From NCBI GenBank assembly GCA_020536535.1, contig JAHLWZ010000676.1, positions 113,316 to 177,315 on the forward strand: a stretch of 64,000 bases of DNA. Direction: 5' to 3'. The notes beneath the pieces are model-generated. The model was not told the origin of the DNA. It ran no database searches and saw only the letters and a program-made list of their open reading frames with translations. The stretch is from Pelomyxa schiedti. Lineage: Eukaryota > Protista > Evosea. This document shows, in pieces, positions 43,501 to 56,250 of this stretch; the first letter of the stretch is position 1; each line of letters starts with the position of its first letter. The position numbers and the translations under genes were made by a program.

Positions 43501-46500
43501 AATTCAATCTGAGTTTAGTAAGGGTGAATTTTTACTTGGGCTCATGAGAGGGCTTGGAAGTAACTTAGCTCTTGATAAAAGGGCACAGTTTGGGTGCATA
43601 GTTCTGGCGTGGGGGAATCTATCCCCCATTGATAGAAATGCTCCTTGGGAATGTGTTGTTGATCCAAGCACTGGCTCCATTAATGTTCACTTTTTTTTTT
43701 TAAACAAACCACCATTCACGCAAACGCAGCCTTATTCTGCTAAAATGCAAGACTTTACAGTCCGTGACCTGCAGACCTCTCCTATTGTGCACACTGCATC
43801 ATCACAGGCACTGTGTGACTCGTTAATGGTATGCTTGAAAGCATCCACGCCTTTGATTCTTGTGGGACCAGTTGCCTGTGGCAAGAGTACCATCCTCCAG
43901 TTTGTTCTCGGTCTTCATTTTTTTGTGATCACATCCAATAGAAACTGTTTCTCCCAGATGAAATCGACTACAGTGGCCACTCTTGCCTGCAATGCTCATA
44001 CCATGTCATCGGATATCATTCAAAAAATGAACCAAGTCTGTGTAATTCAGAGTTCTTCTTTGGGAAGAGTGTACAGGTTCAGGTCATTATTTCTTAGCCA
44101 AAAATTAACAAAAAAGATAGGCCCAAGGACACTGAACGACTTGTGCTTTGGATAAAAGATATAAATTTACCTAAACCAGATAACTATGAGACAGTGCAAT
44201 TGGTTTACCACCGCACTTAGCCAACAACCTTATTTGTTGTGCAGATCTCTTTTTTGCAACAACTTATCTCGTACAATGGATTCTATGATCAAGACAATGA
44301 ACACTTTACCCTTGACCGCATTCAACTTGGTCTTTCCAATTACAATTTCGTTACTGCTAATAAGTGTACGGGCAGTGTGTACAATGGCCCCCATTACTGC
44401 TGGTAGACATCCTGTTTCAACTAGATTCACAGCCAACACTGCCATCTTTTTCATGGACTACCCAAAGAAAGATCATCTCCTTCAAGTAATTGTCATATTC
44501 CATGTTCGGCCACTCTGATTCATACCCAGATATCGACTGCTTATCTTGCACCTGTAATGGGTACTTCACCTGATGTATTATGGAGACAACCAGGAAATAT
44601 TCAAAAGCTCGCCTCCACAATGCTTTCCGTTTTTAGTGAGGTTCCATGACTCTTTGTGATTCATCATAAATTCATATAGACCCAACGTCAACTGGTACAA
44701 GAGCAACAATCCCGATCACGTGTACCTCCACACTATATTTTTACGCCCAGAGATCTCACCAACTGGATCCTTGGTCTTTTGCGCTATCAGAATGAAGCTG
44801 GGACTTTTTTTGAGGTTTCGTTGCTCCTCTCTGACAATGTTGCTCACTCGGCAAGGTGTTTAAATATGAGGCGTATTGCATCTTTGCAAGCAGGCTTGTT
44901 GCTGAAGTTCATAAAGCAGCGTTTAACAGTATCATCTCCACTGTCTTAAAACGTGATTGGCAAACCACTGTTGAGTTAAAAGAGTTGTATTTTACTTCTT
45001 GGGCAGCCACTGGTATTCAGGTGACTATTTCACTCCTTTTTTAACACAGCCAGAAACTCTTGGAAAAACAAAGAAGCTGGCAAAGACAACCCAAGAGAAT
45101 CTGCATTCCCATGTTTCTCATGCAGTGGCATCCTATTCTAGGGATATTTCTCCTCTAGAAATAACATTATTCCCCGATGTTCTTACTCACCTTGCCTCTG
45201 TTGATAGGTTTTTACTTGCTTCTTTGCCTCACTAATCTTAAGCAGAGTTCTGTCCACCCCTGGTGGTTCTCTTTTACTTGTTGGTAACACTGGAGTTGGA
45301 CGTGGCACTGCAGTGGCTCTCTCAGCCTACATGCACCGCATGCAAGTTTTCTGTCCTAACACAACACATCACTACAACATGAAGGCTTTCTCTTCTGATT
45401 TGAAAAATGCATGACCCATCTCAGCAGGAAAAATATATCTAATTATAACACTAGGCTCTGCAAGTTGCAGGAGTTGATGGAAATCCAGTTGTGTTTATTC
45501 TTGAAGATCACCATATGCATGTGGATTCAAATTTTATAGAATGCATTAACAGTTTGCTTTCTGGAGGTGAGGTATGAAACAACATGTTTTCAATGATTCA
45601 GAAGCAAATAACACCCAACCAGGTCACAGGACTCTATTCCCCATCCGAGATTGAAAACATTCAGCTCACACTACAAGACCAGATTGGTGGTGCAGGGTTT
45701 TTTGGTGGGGTCCACCAATTCTTTTTAAGCAGATTGAGGGCCAATCTTCATGTGGTTGTTATCATGAATCCTCGAAACAGTGACTTCCTTATCAGGTTTT
45801 CTTATCCCAAATGGGTCGACAATAATCTTCTGTAGATGTCAAACGAACCCGTCACTATACAGTAGATGTTCCATTCAGTGGTGGGATAAGTGGCCTGCAG
45901 AAGTAATGTCATACCTCCCATCAGTGATCTTAAATGGAGTGTTGGACTCAAAGAAGTAGAAACCAATCGTCGGTTTTATCCCAATAATATTGTACCAGGA
46001 TTTCAGAGTTGATAGACCAAATTCTGCAAATCCAAACAACGATAGAGGTCCGAGGATCAAGTCCACGTACATTCCTCTCACTGGTTGAAGCCTTCAAGAA
46101 GGTAAAATCACTGCATGTTCCTTTCTTAGAGTGTAGATATACACAGCAAAAAGCGAACAATCACGCCAAGAGCTTCTAAACCTAAGAGGAGGATTGGCAA
46201 AGCTTGCTGAAGCCTCGGGGACTGTTGAAACTCTCACAAGAGATGCCAAAACGAAACAAGACAAGCTCACCCACTCTAGAAAACAAGCAGACAATGTATT
46301 TTTTTTCTGAAATAAGTGGAACATACCTCAATCGCTTCAGATCATGAAACAAATAGAGGACAAAATGAAATCGGCTGCTGCATCACAACATACAATGCAC
46401 CAACTAACAGAATCCTTGGCTGTGGATCGCGCAGATGCGTCTCAAAAAAGAGATGCCATTGCTGCACAGCTCAGTAAAATACAACCGATACTTGATAATG

Positions 46501-49500
46501 CACGCTCTTCTGTGAACTCAATATCAAAGAGAACGATTGAAGATTTACGTGCCTTTCGAGCTGTTGCGTATGTTAGGCTCCAACTTAAACCCCTTGATAA
46601 CCCTGGTGTAGACCAACAATTATGGACATCATGGAAGGAGTGGTTCTGCTACTGGGAGGGAAAGAGATATCCTGGAATGCATTTAAAGTGTTTCTTGGGC
46701 AACCAGAAGTTCTTAACAAGATTGTTAACTTTGATCCTGCCAATGCATGCCTACTCAATGAGTTTTATTTTTAAAAAAATAAGAAGTGCTCAGGTAAAAC
46801 TTGACAACCGACTGGCTGTAGAAAGAATTTTGGAAGAAAGGAAATCATCTTTTGAGTCAAAGAATGCACTACACGCTAGTAGTCTAGCATTACCACTTGC
46901 TGAAGTGAGTCCCTTTTACATTTTAAATGCTCCCTACTTACTTCTTTGTAGTGGGTAAAAGCAGTAGTAACTTATTCAGCTGTCAAACACAAAATTGCCC
47001 CCCTTGAAGCCGAGCTCGCCCAAGCAAACAAACGGCTAGATACTACAGAAAATCGGTTTAAGGCACTCGAAGTGGACATTCAAAGAGTATCCCCATTTCT
47101 TGGAAGCTGCCTTTCCAACTGTGCATAGTTGAATCAAGAGATAGAGAATATTCGAATGCAACATCAGGAAATTACACAAGAAGCCATGAGATTTCAGCTA
47201 GCACTGGAAGAAACTGAGAAGGCATGCACAATAATGTAAGTGAGTTAACTCATGAATACAAGGTTTTGGGGAGGTCAAGCTCTCTGGTAGAGCAATTGAA
47301 GGTTGAAGCGTCGCGGTGGTCTGCTCGGGAGCATTCGTTGTTGGCTATGTCCCAATCCCTTCCTACAGCTTCTCTTTTAGCTGCAGCTTTTGTAACGTAC
47401 ATGGGATGTGTACCAGAGGACATACGAGCAGAACTGGTGGCACGGTGGAAAGAGTATGATATAACCTGCACCTCTACACAACTCAATACCTTTGAGGATT
47501 ACTGGGTATCAATCATGGTCGTTTACTCAGTTCATGGGTACTGAGACTGACCTGGTCAAAATGAGGAATAATGGGCTACCTTCTGATGACCTGTCTGCTG
47601 AGAATGCCTTGATTACTCAGTGGTCTCCATTGTGTGTTCGAAAAGTTGCGGAAAGTATTAACACCTCCCAAACAAAGAGTTCCTTTCATTATTGACCCTT
47701 CAAGTACTTCTATTGGATGGCTTGGGAAACATCTTGGTGAAAAAGTGGAAATAATGACCCAAGACGACCCAAGATTTGTTCACAAGTTAGAGTTGGCACT
47801 GCGTTTTGGTAGAACCCTACTGATACAGGTTTGTGTCATTTCCTTTTTTGACAGTGATCACTTCTTTTTTTCTTAGGAAGTTGACAACGTGCACCCTATA
47901 CTGATTCCAATTCTAAGGAAGCATTTAATGCGACAGGGCCCACAACTTACAGTGCAAATAGGTTCTTTGAAATTGGAAAACAATTGCTTATGTGTGGCTA
48001 CAGGTGAGAAATTAGTAAATTATTCAGAAGAGTTTAAGATGTTCCTGGCCACCCGCCACCCTCAACCCGACCTTCCTCCTGATGTTAGGCCTCTTGTCTG
48101 TGAGGTAGAAACCCAAGCCCACAAAAAAGAAAAACACTCATCTCCACTTGTAGGTAAATTTTACTGTGACCAAGTCTGGTCTAGAAAATCAACTTCTTGG
48201 AGTAGTTCTACTCCATGAAATGCCAGATTTAGAACAGAAAAGGGTACAAGCCTTGGTTTCTGAGGAGAAAAACAAGATGCAATTAGCTTCCTTGGAAAAC
48301 CAAGTACGCTAGCCTTGTATTAATTGGTTGCTGATGAAGTTAGCTTCTTTCAGAGTTGGCTAAAGCCAAAGGAGACATACTGGAAAGCCAAGAACTTATA
48401 ACTACCCTAAAAAATACAAAATCGATGTCCGTTGAAATTGAGGAAGCACTGTCTCTTGCACACAATACACAGGTTCACTTCACTCCATCTCTTCCATAAG
48501 CTAGGATGAAAACTCCCGAAAAAAAAAAAAAAGGCAACTCTAGAAAAAGAACGGAATGGTTTCAGACCCATTGCCAAAGCTGGTAGTGATTTGTTTTTTG
48601 CATTGGCGGATCTCTGCAAGGCATGAGTCTTGTACTACAAGCCCAAGTAACTATTTCCTCAGATTAACCATATGTACCGCTTTTCTTTGGGCTGCTTCTT
48701 GCCTCTTTTCCGTCGTGCACTTGCGTCAGCCTCTGGAAACCCATCTGATACAAGGAATCACATAGATCTCGTTGTCTCGTCACTGGAAAAGATTGTCTTT
48801 GAATATGTGTGCAGATCCTTGTTCAAAGCTGATAGACTTGTTTTTGCTATGCATTTAGTACATGCCACCAAGTCACACTTTTTCCAACCCAAGGTGAGGC
48901 CTTCTTCATTTTCCCTGGTCCAATGACAAAACAAAGGAATGGGAGTATTTCATAGGACAGATATCAGAAACTAGTTCTCGAAGTGACAGCTTTCCCTCTT
49001 GGGCACCCAAAGATCGGCGTAATGCTTTTACAGAATTGGAGGTATGTTGTGGTGCTCATGTCCGTACTAAGAGCGCCACAGGCTTTATTTCCCAGAGTTA
49101 CACAATCTTTGCAACTGAGTCAAACAGAAGTTTGGGCAAGTTGGGCAGTGTCAAGCACATGTGAAGTTGACTGGCCACCAAGGATAAAATCTAAATCCAC
49201 AGCATTTCAGAGACTCCTACTTATAAAGGCTTTAAGACCTGACAGACTAGAAAGCGCTAGTAAGCCTTTCCACTCTCCCCAGATATTTATCTGAGGATTT
49301 CCAGTGAGCAGCTTTTGCAGTGAAGCTCTTGGTCTTAGCACACTTCAACCATCTGCACTGAACCTGCAACGTGTGTTTAGAGATGGGGAAACAGAAGCAA
49401 CCACCCCAATTTTACTCATTACAACCCCTGGGGCTGACCCTTCTCACGACGTTGAGGTGCTCGCAGAAGAAATTTTGGGAAGCGATTCAGCTCATGCAGA

Positions 49501-51571
49501 TACACCAACTCTGCTGGCTCTCGCCGTAGGGCAAGTTCAGCAAGAGCAAATTCTCGAGGCCCTCCACACAGCACGAACTCGTGGTTCATGGCTTTTATTG
49601 AAGAATGTCCACCTGGCAGTTGCTTGGTTACACTCTATTGATGCAATTCTCGCTGAAGCTTCTCTTCCCCACGAAAATTTCAGGTTAGATGATTGCCTTT
49701 AAACCTGGAAGCTTATGTTCTTCCTTTTTCCCCTTGACAGGTTGTGGCTGACAAGTGAGTCCCACGAAAAAATTTCTCCTATTTTACTGCAGTCCAGCTT
49801 GAAAATTACATACGAGTCTCCTCCAGGAAAGCCATCATATTACATTATCATTTTTTAAATGCCCTCAGGTGTAAAGAAGAACCTAGAGAGAACTTACGCA
49901 GGCTGGTCAGCAGACTACATATCCAAGGGATCTGTACTTTATTCACAGTCTTTGTTCGTGCTTGCCTGGTATCTCTGTTTCTTGTGTTCTAGTTCTCTTA
50001 TCGCTCACCCAGGTTTCACGCTCTCCTGCAAGAACGTAGGAATTTTATTCCCCAGGGGTGGACCAAATTCTATGAATTCAACGAGTCTGATCTCAGAGCA
50101 GCTTCTGAGATTATCGAAAAGCTTTTGCAGTCACAAGTACCTCTTTATAGACTGTTGTTGTATAAAAATGACACGTCCCAAAGCAACCAGATTGGGCAGC
50201 AATACATGGACTTCTGGAAAATGCTGTTTATGGTGGTCGTGTAGATAATCCCTATGACTTCCAGGTTTTACAGCTGCTGCTTCGTATGTACTTCAACGCA
50301 GATATTCTTAGCAGTACCCCCAAGAGATCACTCACTTCAAGGGTAGATAGTTTGACACCTTTTTTCATTGTCACATCCCATAGATTGAACTTCCTCGAAG
50401 CAATATTCATAGTGATTATTCTGCACTGATTGCCCGGCTTCCTCCTGTTGATCCTCCACAGCTGTTTGGTCTCCCTCTGAACATTGAGAGATCTGTTCAG
50501 AGAACAAATGGGGCCCGTATCGTATCCCAGTTGCAGCTAATCACTGCAACCTCAGTGCAACACTCTACACAGATGGCTGCAAGTGCTGAATGGCGCACGT
50601 CCCTTGAACCCCATGTAACTTCCTGGAAAAAATTGATGACACAGAACAGTGCACTGTTGATGGAGACTGCTTCTAGTGATAGTATGCAGAAGATCTTTCT
50701 CCAAATCTTACCACAATCCAGGATCCCCTGTAAATGATGATGCGTTGAGATGTTTTATCTACTTGGAGCTTGAAAACGCCAGAAATCTAATCCGTCTTGT
50801 TGACTCTAGTTTATCATCTCTCAATGAATTCATCAATGGAGCAACAGCGTTATCCCAAGAGACATACCAAGTAGGGCAACAGTTGCTTGAAGGGAAACTT
50901 CCAAGTTCCTGGGGCACACATTGGGAGGTTACCACTCACACATTCTTTTCGAGCTCTGATCTTCATCTTTGCAGTGCCCACCTGAAAACCCGCACCTATG
51001 GCTGCGTGAGCTTGTTAGAAAAACCGTCGCCCTGGCTCAACTTCACCAAAGGGACAATCCACTATCTGTGCCAGTCAATATTGGCACCTTCTTCCGGCCA
51101 TCTACCTTCATTGATGCCCTCAGACAACAAACAGCTCGAGCTGGTACTTTTTTTGTTGCTCATGGAATTTTTGTGACACTTCCCACAGGGCGTTGTGCTC
51201 TCGATTCCCTCAAGTTGACATGCACATGGACGTCACTCTCCAGCTCCACAATTTCTTCAAGTGCTCCACCAAGTACCACATCCAACACAGCAATGATAGA
51301 GGGCCTATTGCTCCAAGGTTGCTCATTCGATTCCGGAAAAATAACAGAAGCTCAGCCCACAGCCCCGGAGCTACTCCACATGCCTCTCTGCAACCTCTCA
51401 TGGATTCCACAAGCAGAAGCTCCACCTCCCACCAATACAATAGTGGAGGTTCCGGTGTATCATAACACACAACGGGAGAAGTTAGTCACTGTTCTCCCCA
51501 TGCCCTGTGCACCCCCAAAGGAAAAATGGCTCCTTGCCGGTGTAGCACTTCTTCTCACAGAAGAGTTTTGA
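34545..51571 (+). CDS. DYNC2H1: Cytoplasmic dynein-2 heavy chain (retrograde IFT motor), about 90 introns
   Basis: [17 protein letters not shown]; AAA1 [67 protein letters not shown]; AAA2 GPSGTGKT; AAA3 GPVACGKS; AAA4 GNTGVGR; DALRQQTAR. Estimated spliced length of about 4300 aa fits the family. Confidence 0.95.
37139..37193 (+). other. U12-type (minor spliceosome) AT-AC intron, 55 nt
   Basis: 5' ATATCCTT, branch box TTCCTTAAC at 37177-37185, 3' TTTCTAC; removal gives [14 protein letters not shown] and skips an in-frame TGA. Confidence 0.9.
49827..49868 (+). other. Putative GA-AG intron, 42 nt
   Basis: Removal of GAAAGCC...CTCAG restores the conserved [13 protein letters not shown]; retention introduces an in-frame TAA. 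Confidence 0.7.
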
Positions 51572-51694
51572 TTGATGTTGATACCACCACACAAACCTCA
51601 CCACCTGTAAAAACAACGAAAACCCCAAGCCAAACCACATACTCGTAAATACTACAAGAAAACAAAAGTTCCTTCAACCCTACACAAAACACAG

Positions 51695-53296
51695 ATGTCA
51701 TCAACAGCAACTGCAGCCGAACCTGCAGAATCGAACCAATTGAGCCTCCCAATTGATGACGACGGTAGGTGGCAAAGCGAAGTTTTGGCCAATGTACTGA
51801 GGCCACTGTGTGTTGGCACACCAACATTGGCCAGTCTTGATGCAGCAATGTCAGCACTGCCTTTGTATGACGGAACGAGGAGGAAGCTTGCTGATTGCAC
51901 TTGGATGGTTGATACTGCCGCCTGTATGCCTACAACTATGTAACTCACATTTTTTTTTTTTTTACCTTTTATTCCCAGTTTCTCGCGCGCACTTGTTTTT
52001 AGAAACATAACATAACATACATTTTGGTTCGGTAAACATTACCTGAACTATGTATTTTCACAAGCACACCCCACGGTTTTTGACTGGGCAGGGCTGGAAA
52101 GAGCACTGCCTGCATTGAGGGATTTGGCTCTAGGGATGCCACAGTTGTTCAATGTGGGGGGCCCTGCAAGGCGGCCTCACCTATTGCCGAAGAACACAAA
52201 TGGGCTGGTCACACTTTCCAGAAGGCAAGTGGCTTGCATTATGATACACTCACTACTCGGCACAATGCAAATGAATCCACCTTATTATGGAATATTTTTC
52301 GTGAGGAACTTGTTTAGGTTTCTTTTACCATTTAGTGGCTTGATTGTAGACTTCTAATAATTTCTTCCTCAAGCAAAGGGAAAGACTTTGGAAATGTTTT
52401 GTGTGTCTTGAATTACTTCAAAAGAATTGGACTAGAGGGTTGCCAGCCGGGCTTTGTATTGTTTGAAAGAAGGAACATAGCAGGAGTTCAACCTGGGTGG
52501 GAAACAAGTTCTATGCCACTATGCAATGTAACAATTCAGCCCAAAACCACTATATCTTCTTCTGCAGCACAAGTCCATGTTGACTTTGCCAATGCCCTGA
52601 TTGGCGGAGGTGTCCTAATTGGTGCAAGCTGCCAAGAGGTGTGTCTCCTCCCATATAATTCAACATCACCAACAACTTGCAGGAAATTCTTTTTGCCACG
52701 CATCCGGAAATGATTGTTTCTATTGCCCTTTGTGAAGAACTCTCTCCTGGAGATGCCTTAATAATCCAAGGAGCACTAGAATATTCCCTTTCCACAGGGT
52801 GTGTCAATCAAACAAACAATATTCACTTACATCACATTCGGTTTATTATATCGAATATAGATATGCCTCATCATTCAAATTTACTGGGGATGCCCCTTTC
52901 AGTAACCAACAACAAATACCCATTGTGGCAGCAATTGATGCACTGTTTGCCTACGAAAACGACCAATTTGACTACACCAACAAAGTGAGGGACCTAAACA
53001 AGGCCTATCTTGGATTCCTGGATTCCAAACATGGCACCGTGGCTACCGGCAACTGGGGCTGTGGAGCCTTTGGGTGCAATGTAGAAATCAAACTAATTCA
53101 GCAATGGATGGCTGCTTCACAGTGCGGTGCTTCTTGCTTAGAATACCACACTTTCAGTGATCCAAGGTGTGCTGGATTCATGGATGTGATCGCCAGAATC
53201 AGGGCTTCCCCTAGGCACAAGACTGTTGGGGGCCTGTTTGCTCTGTTACTGCAATTCATTTGTGGTGACAAGAAATTGGTAGATTATCTTTTGTAA
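51695..53296 (+). CDS. PARG: Poly(ADP-ribose) glycohydrolase
   Basis: VDFANALIGGGVLIGASCQE|EILF..HPE catalytic loop, IVAAIDAL, RDLNKAYLGF, VATGNWGCGAFG, IQQWMAAS. Confidence 0.93.
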
Positions 53297-53346
53297 AATT
53301 TTTTCGTTGTTTTGTTGTTTGGGTTTGTGTTTTTAAAACAAACCAA

Positions 53347-54792
53347 TCAGAAGGAGTGTGTGTATGTTTGTAGTTGTGATATGATATTCTGCACAGTTGT
53401 CTGACAACTTCGCAATGTAGTAAGTACTTGCGGCTCAGGTTGGTGGGTGTTTTGCTGGTCATTTTCTTGGGGTTCTTGGGGAGCAGGTGTTTCAAGAATG
53501 TTGACTGCCTGGTCTTTGAGTGCATGTAAGGCTGAATAGGCTTGCTCCAGGTCTTCAAGCTTTTTTTTTGGTATCCATACATGTTCAGTTTCATCAACCA
53601 CTTGCTGAGCATTGGCAGTGTCTATTGCAAGGGTAGTTGACTCAATGGAAACTTCACCCTGAGACTCCACGGATAATTGCTTGTATTTATCTACTGCAGC
53701 AGCCGTTGGAGATTTCCTATGCTTCTTCTTTGCTGATGTGGACGGTGCTTTTTTGGTTGTGGCAGTTGCTTTTGTTTTACTGTGTGTTTTTTTGGTTCGG
53801 GGCTTTTTTTTCGTTGTTGCCTTTGGTTCGGTTGGTGGTTCATCTATTGGTACTTCTTCAGGTGGTGGTTCAATTGCCGCGATTGCGGACATGAGTTCTT
53901 GTATGTTCGTGAGCATTTCCCGGTCTTTGTCTGTCTCCTGTATTTGCTTCTGTTCTTGTTCCTGATCCTGAACATTCTGTTTCTGTTCCTCTTGCTCTTG
54001 CTCTTGGTTCTGATCTTGTTCATGTTCATGTTCCTTTTCCTCCCGCTGTTGTTGCTCAGGTTCTTCCTCCTCCAAGGGATTCTGCTGCTCCGTATCCTGT
54101 GCCCGTTCCTGTTCCTCCTGCTTTTTTTTATGGTGGTGGCGCTTGTGGTGCTTGTGATGGTGCAAGGTCTTCTTCTTTGCCACACTGCCAGGCGCGGGCG
54201 AGGCCGCAGACACACGGGGCCGCTTGGCTGCCCCTGGCTGCGCTACAACACTATCAGCCGTGGTCGTCGTCGTCGCCGTCGCAGTAGCCGCTCCCCCCTC
54301 CCCGTCTCCCTCTCCCTCTCGCTCTCGCTCTCGCTCCCCCTCCCCCTCCCCCTCCCCCCTGGGCCCCTCCCCTTCCTCGTCCCGCTGCCGCTTCCTCTGG
54401 CTCTCCCGCGGCTCTTCCGGCTCCCCGCCCCCATCTCCTTCCCCTTCCCCTTCCCCTTCCTTGTTCCCACAGGCCTCTGGGTGCGCCTCCTCGCCCTCCC
54501 CCTGCGGCTCTGCCTCCGGCTCCTCCGGGGGGGTCGCGTGCTTGTGGTGGTGGCGCTTCATGGTCTGCCGCAGCGACGCCGCGGCGGTCGCGTTGGCGGC
54601 GTTCTTGGTGTCTGCCTCGGTAGGCGCCCGGGGCTCGGCCTCGGGCTCGGCCTCGGGATGGGGGACCGGGGCTGCGCGGTGCTTCTTCTTCTTAGACCGC
54701 GCGGATTTCTTGGTGGTGCTGGATGCGGCGGGGCGGCTCGATGTCGTCGACTTGGCAGTTGTGGATGTCTTAGAGGCCTTCTTCGACGACAT
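53347..54792 (-). CDS. Intronless low-complexity charged protein (K/E/Q/H-rich, probably disordered)
   Basis: 481-aa ORF with basic clusters and a short helical C-terminus. Confidence 0.7.
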   Translation of the reverse strand: MSSKKASKTSTTAKSTTSSRPAASSTTKKSARSKKKKHRAAPVPHPEAEPEAEPRAPTEADTKNAANATAAASLRQTMKRHHHKHATPPEEPEAEPQGEGEEAHPEACGNKEGEGEGEGDGGGEPEEPRESQRKRQRDEEGEGPRGEGEGEGEREREREGEGDGEGGAATATATTTTTADSVVAQPGAAKRPRVSAASPAPGSVAKKKTLHHHKHHKRHHHKKKQEEQERAQDTEQQNPLEEEEPEQQQREEKEHEHEQDQNQEQEQEEQKQNVQDQEQEQKQIQETDKDREMLTNIQELMSAIAAIEPPPEEVPIDEPPTEPKATTKKKPRTKKTHSKTKATATTKKAPSTSAKKKHRKSPTAAAVDKYKQLSVESQGEVSIESTTLAIDTANAQQVVDETEHVWIPKKKLEDLEQAYSALHALKDQAVNILETPAPQEPQENDQQNTHQPEPQVLTTLRSCQTTVQNIISQLQTYTHSF

Positions 54793-55041
54793 GTGATTGG
54801 GCTGGCTGCGCTGTTGTTGTAGTGGTGCTTGCTGGCTGTTGCCTGTTGGCTCTTGTGCTTGTTTATTGGCTTTCTATCTCGTATCTGGTGAGGTTTTGTG
54901 TTTTTACTTTTTTCGGAAACGGAAGAACGGTAAAAATTTGAGGATCGGAATTACCTGGAAGGGTGTCATGGGTGGCAAGAACAAAGGGACAAAGGAGGGA
55001 GAAGATCTCTTTTTTGGTTTATTTCATAATAAAAGAAAAAT

Positions 55042-56095
55042 ATGTTGCCTCGCGCTGTGTTGATTATTGTGGCATCTTTGGATGTGGTTGGTTGTCCTGC
55101 AAATCTCAGTAAACTGAACAATCCAAGATGGGAGGAGCTTTTTATGCATTATTCATGGGCCTGTTTACGGGCTATTTCTCCATTGCTGTTGGAGCATTGT
55201 ACCCCCACCCAATCGAAAGGTAGTTTTTCCCTTTCCTAAGATTCGACAGGTATGTTCTGGTTGGTATTGAATGCTTTATATCTGCTGCTTTTAACGTGAG
55301 GGTTTTGTCCTTTCTGGTATTGGGTTTTCCTCTATTATTGTAATGAATTGATCAAATGTTAAGTACCTGGCCCTTCTTGGCACAGCAAATTTCATTGCGT
55401 TTGTGATTAATATCATCGGTATTGCTCAAACAGACCTGGTTGCAACCAAAAGGGGGTTGGGAGGTGATAAAATCATTGAGGATTTAGTTCCGTGGGATAC
55501 AGAATCCATATCAGCTGCTGTATATTTTGCCATGGGCCTGGGCTTCATGATTCTGTTTTGTGTAAGTTCTCAAAAAGGTAAAACCAAACCTAAGTAATTT
55601 ATCTATAGGTACCTTGTACTGTACTTGCTGTAGTTAACGCCTGTGCTGGAAACAAGAAAAGTGTGCATAATGATACTGAGCTAACGGCTAAATTAAACCA
55701 AGTATAAGCTCCTTGAAAGTATTTCCGGTAATTTAGTGCAGATAACTGTGGATGGACCAGCCACTCTCAACCAACAACATGTCGCTACCGTGGAAGTGCC
55801 CGAAGTTCATGGGTCACCTTCAGACCATAACATAGAGTCTGCAAGCGCCACTAAACTGCCAGCAGAAACTTTCATTTCAGCCGCAGTCGAGCCAGGGCGC
55901 GTTCCAAGTCCCGCTGCAGCTGAAATAACACCACAGCACCCACACATTAACAACCGCACACGGCACCACTCGAAGCACAGGCACCGCTCAGAGCACATCC
56001 ACCTCACCAACAACAGCCAACAACCACCATCGCCCGCTACCTTACAACTCCACGCCATGCTCACCGAAACATCAACCTCATCCGGATCACTGTGA
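55042..56095 (+). CDS. Hypothetical multi-pass membrane protein with polar C-tail
   Basis: Exons encode hydrophobic helices (FYALFMGLFTGYFSIAVGAL, MFWLVLNALYLLLL, FIAFVINIIGI, AAVYFAMGLGFMILFC); final exon ends 56095. Confidence 0.6.
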
Positions 56096-56250
56096 AATGA
56101 AGACTTGAATTGTTCGCACCTTCCCCGAACAATCACTCACAAAACTACAACCACAAAAATCAAAAAGTTGTGCGTGCCTTCTGACCCCTATTCGCAGACT
56201 TTCGCCCACCGCAGCAGCAACAGCAGCCCCCACCACCCCACCCTCCCGCA

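Noticed and set aside
34545-51571. Frequent stops and frameshifts suggesting a pseudogene, recoding or an alternative genetic code
   Set aside because: The interruptions I examined are explained by short introns whose removal restores conserved motifs.
53782-54822. 346-aa hydrophobic plus-strand ORF resembling a membrane protein
   Set aside because: Reverse complement of the Lys/Glu/Gln-rich gene; the hydrophobicity is an artefact.
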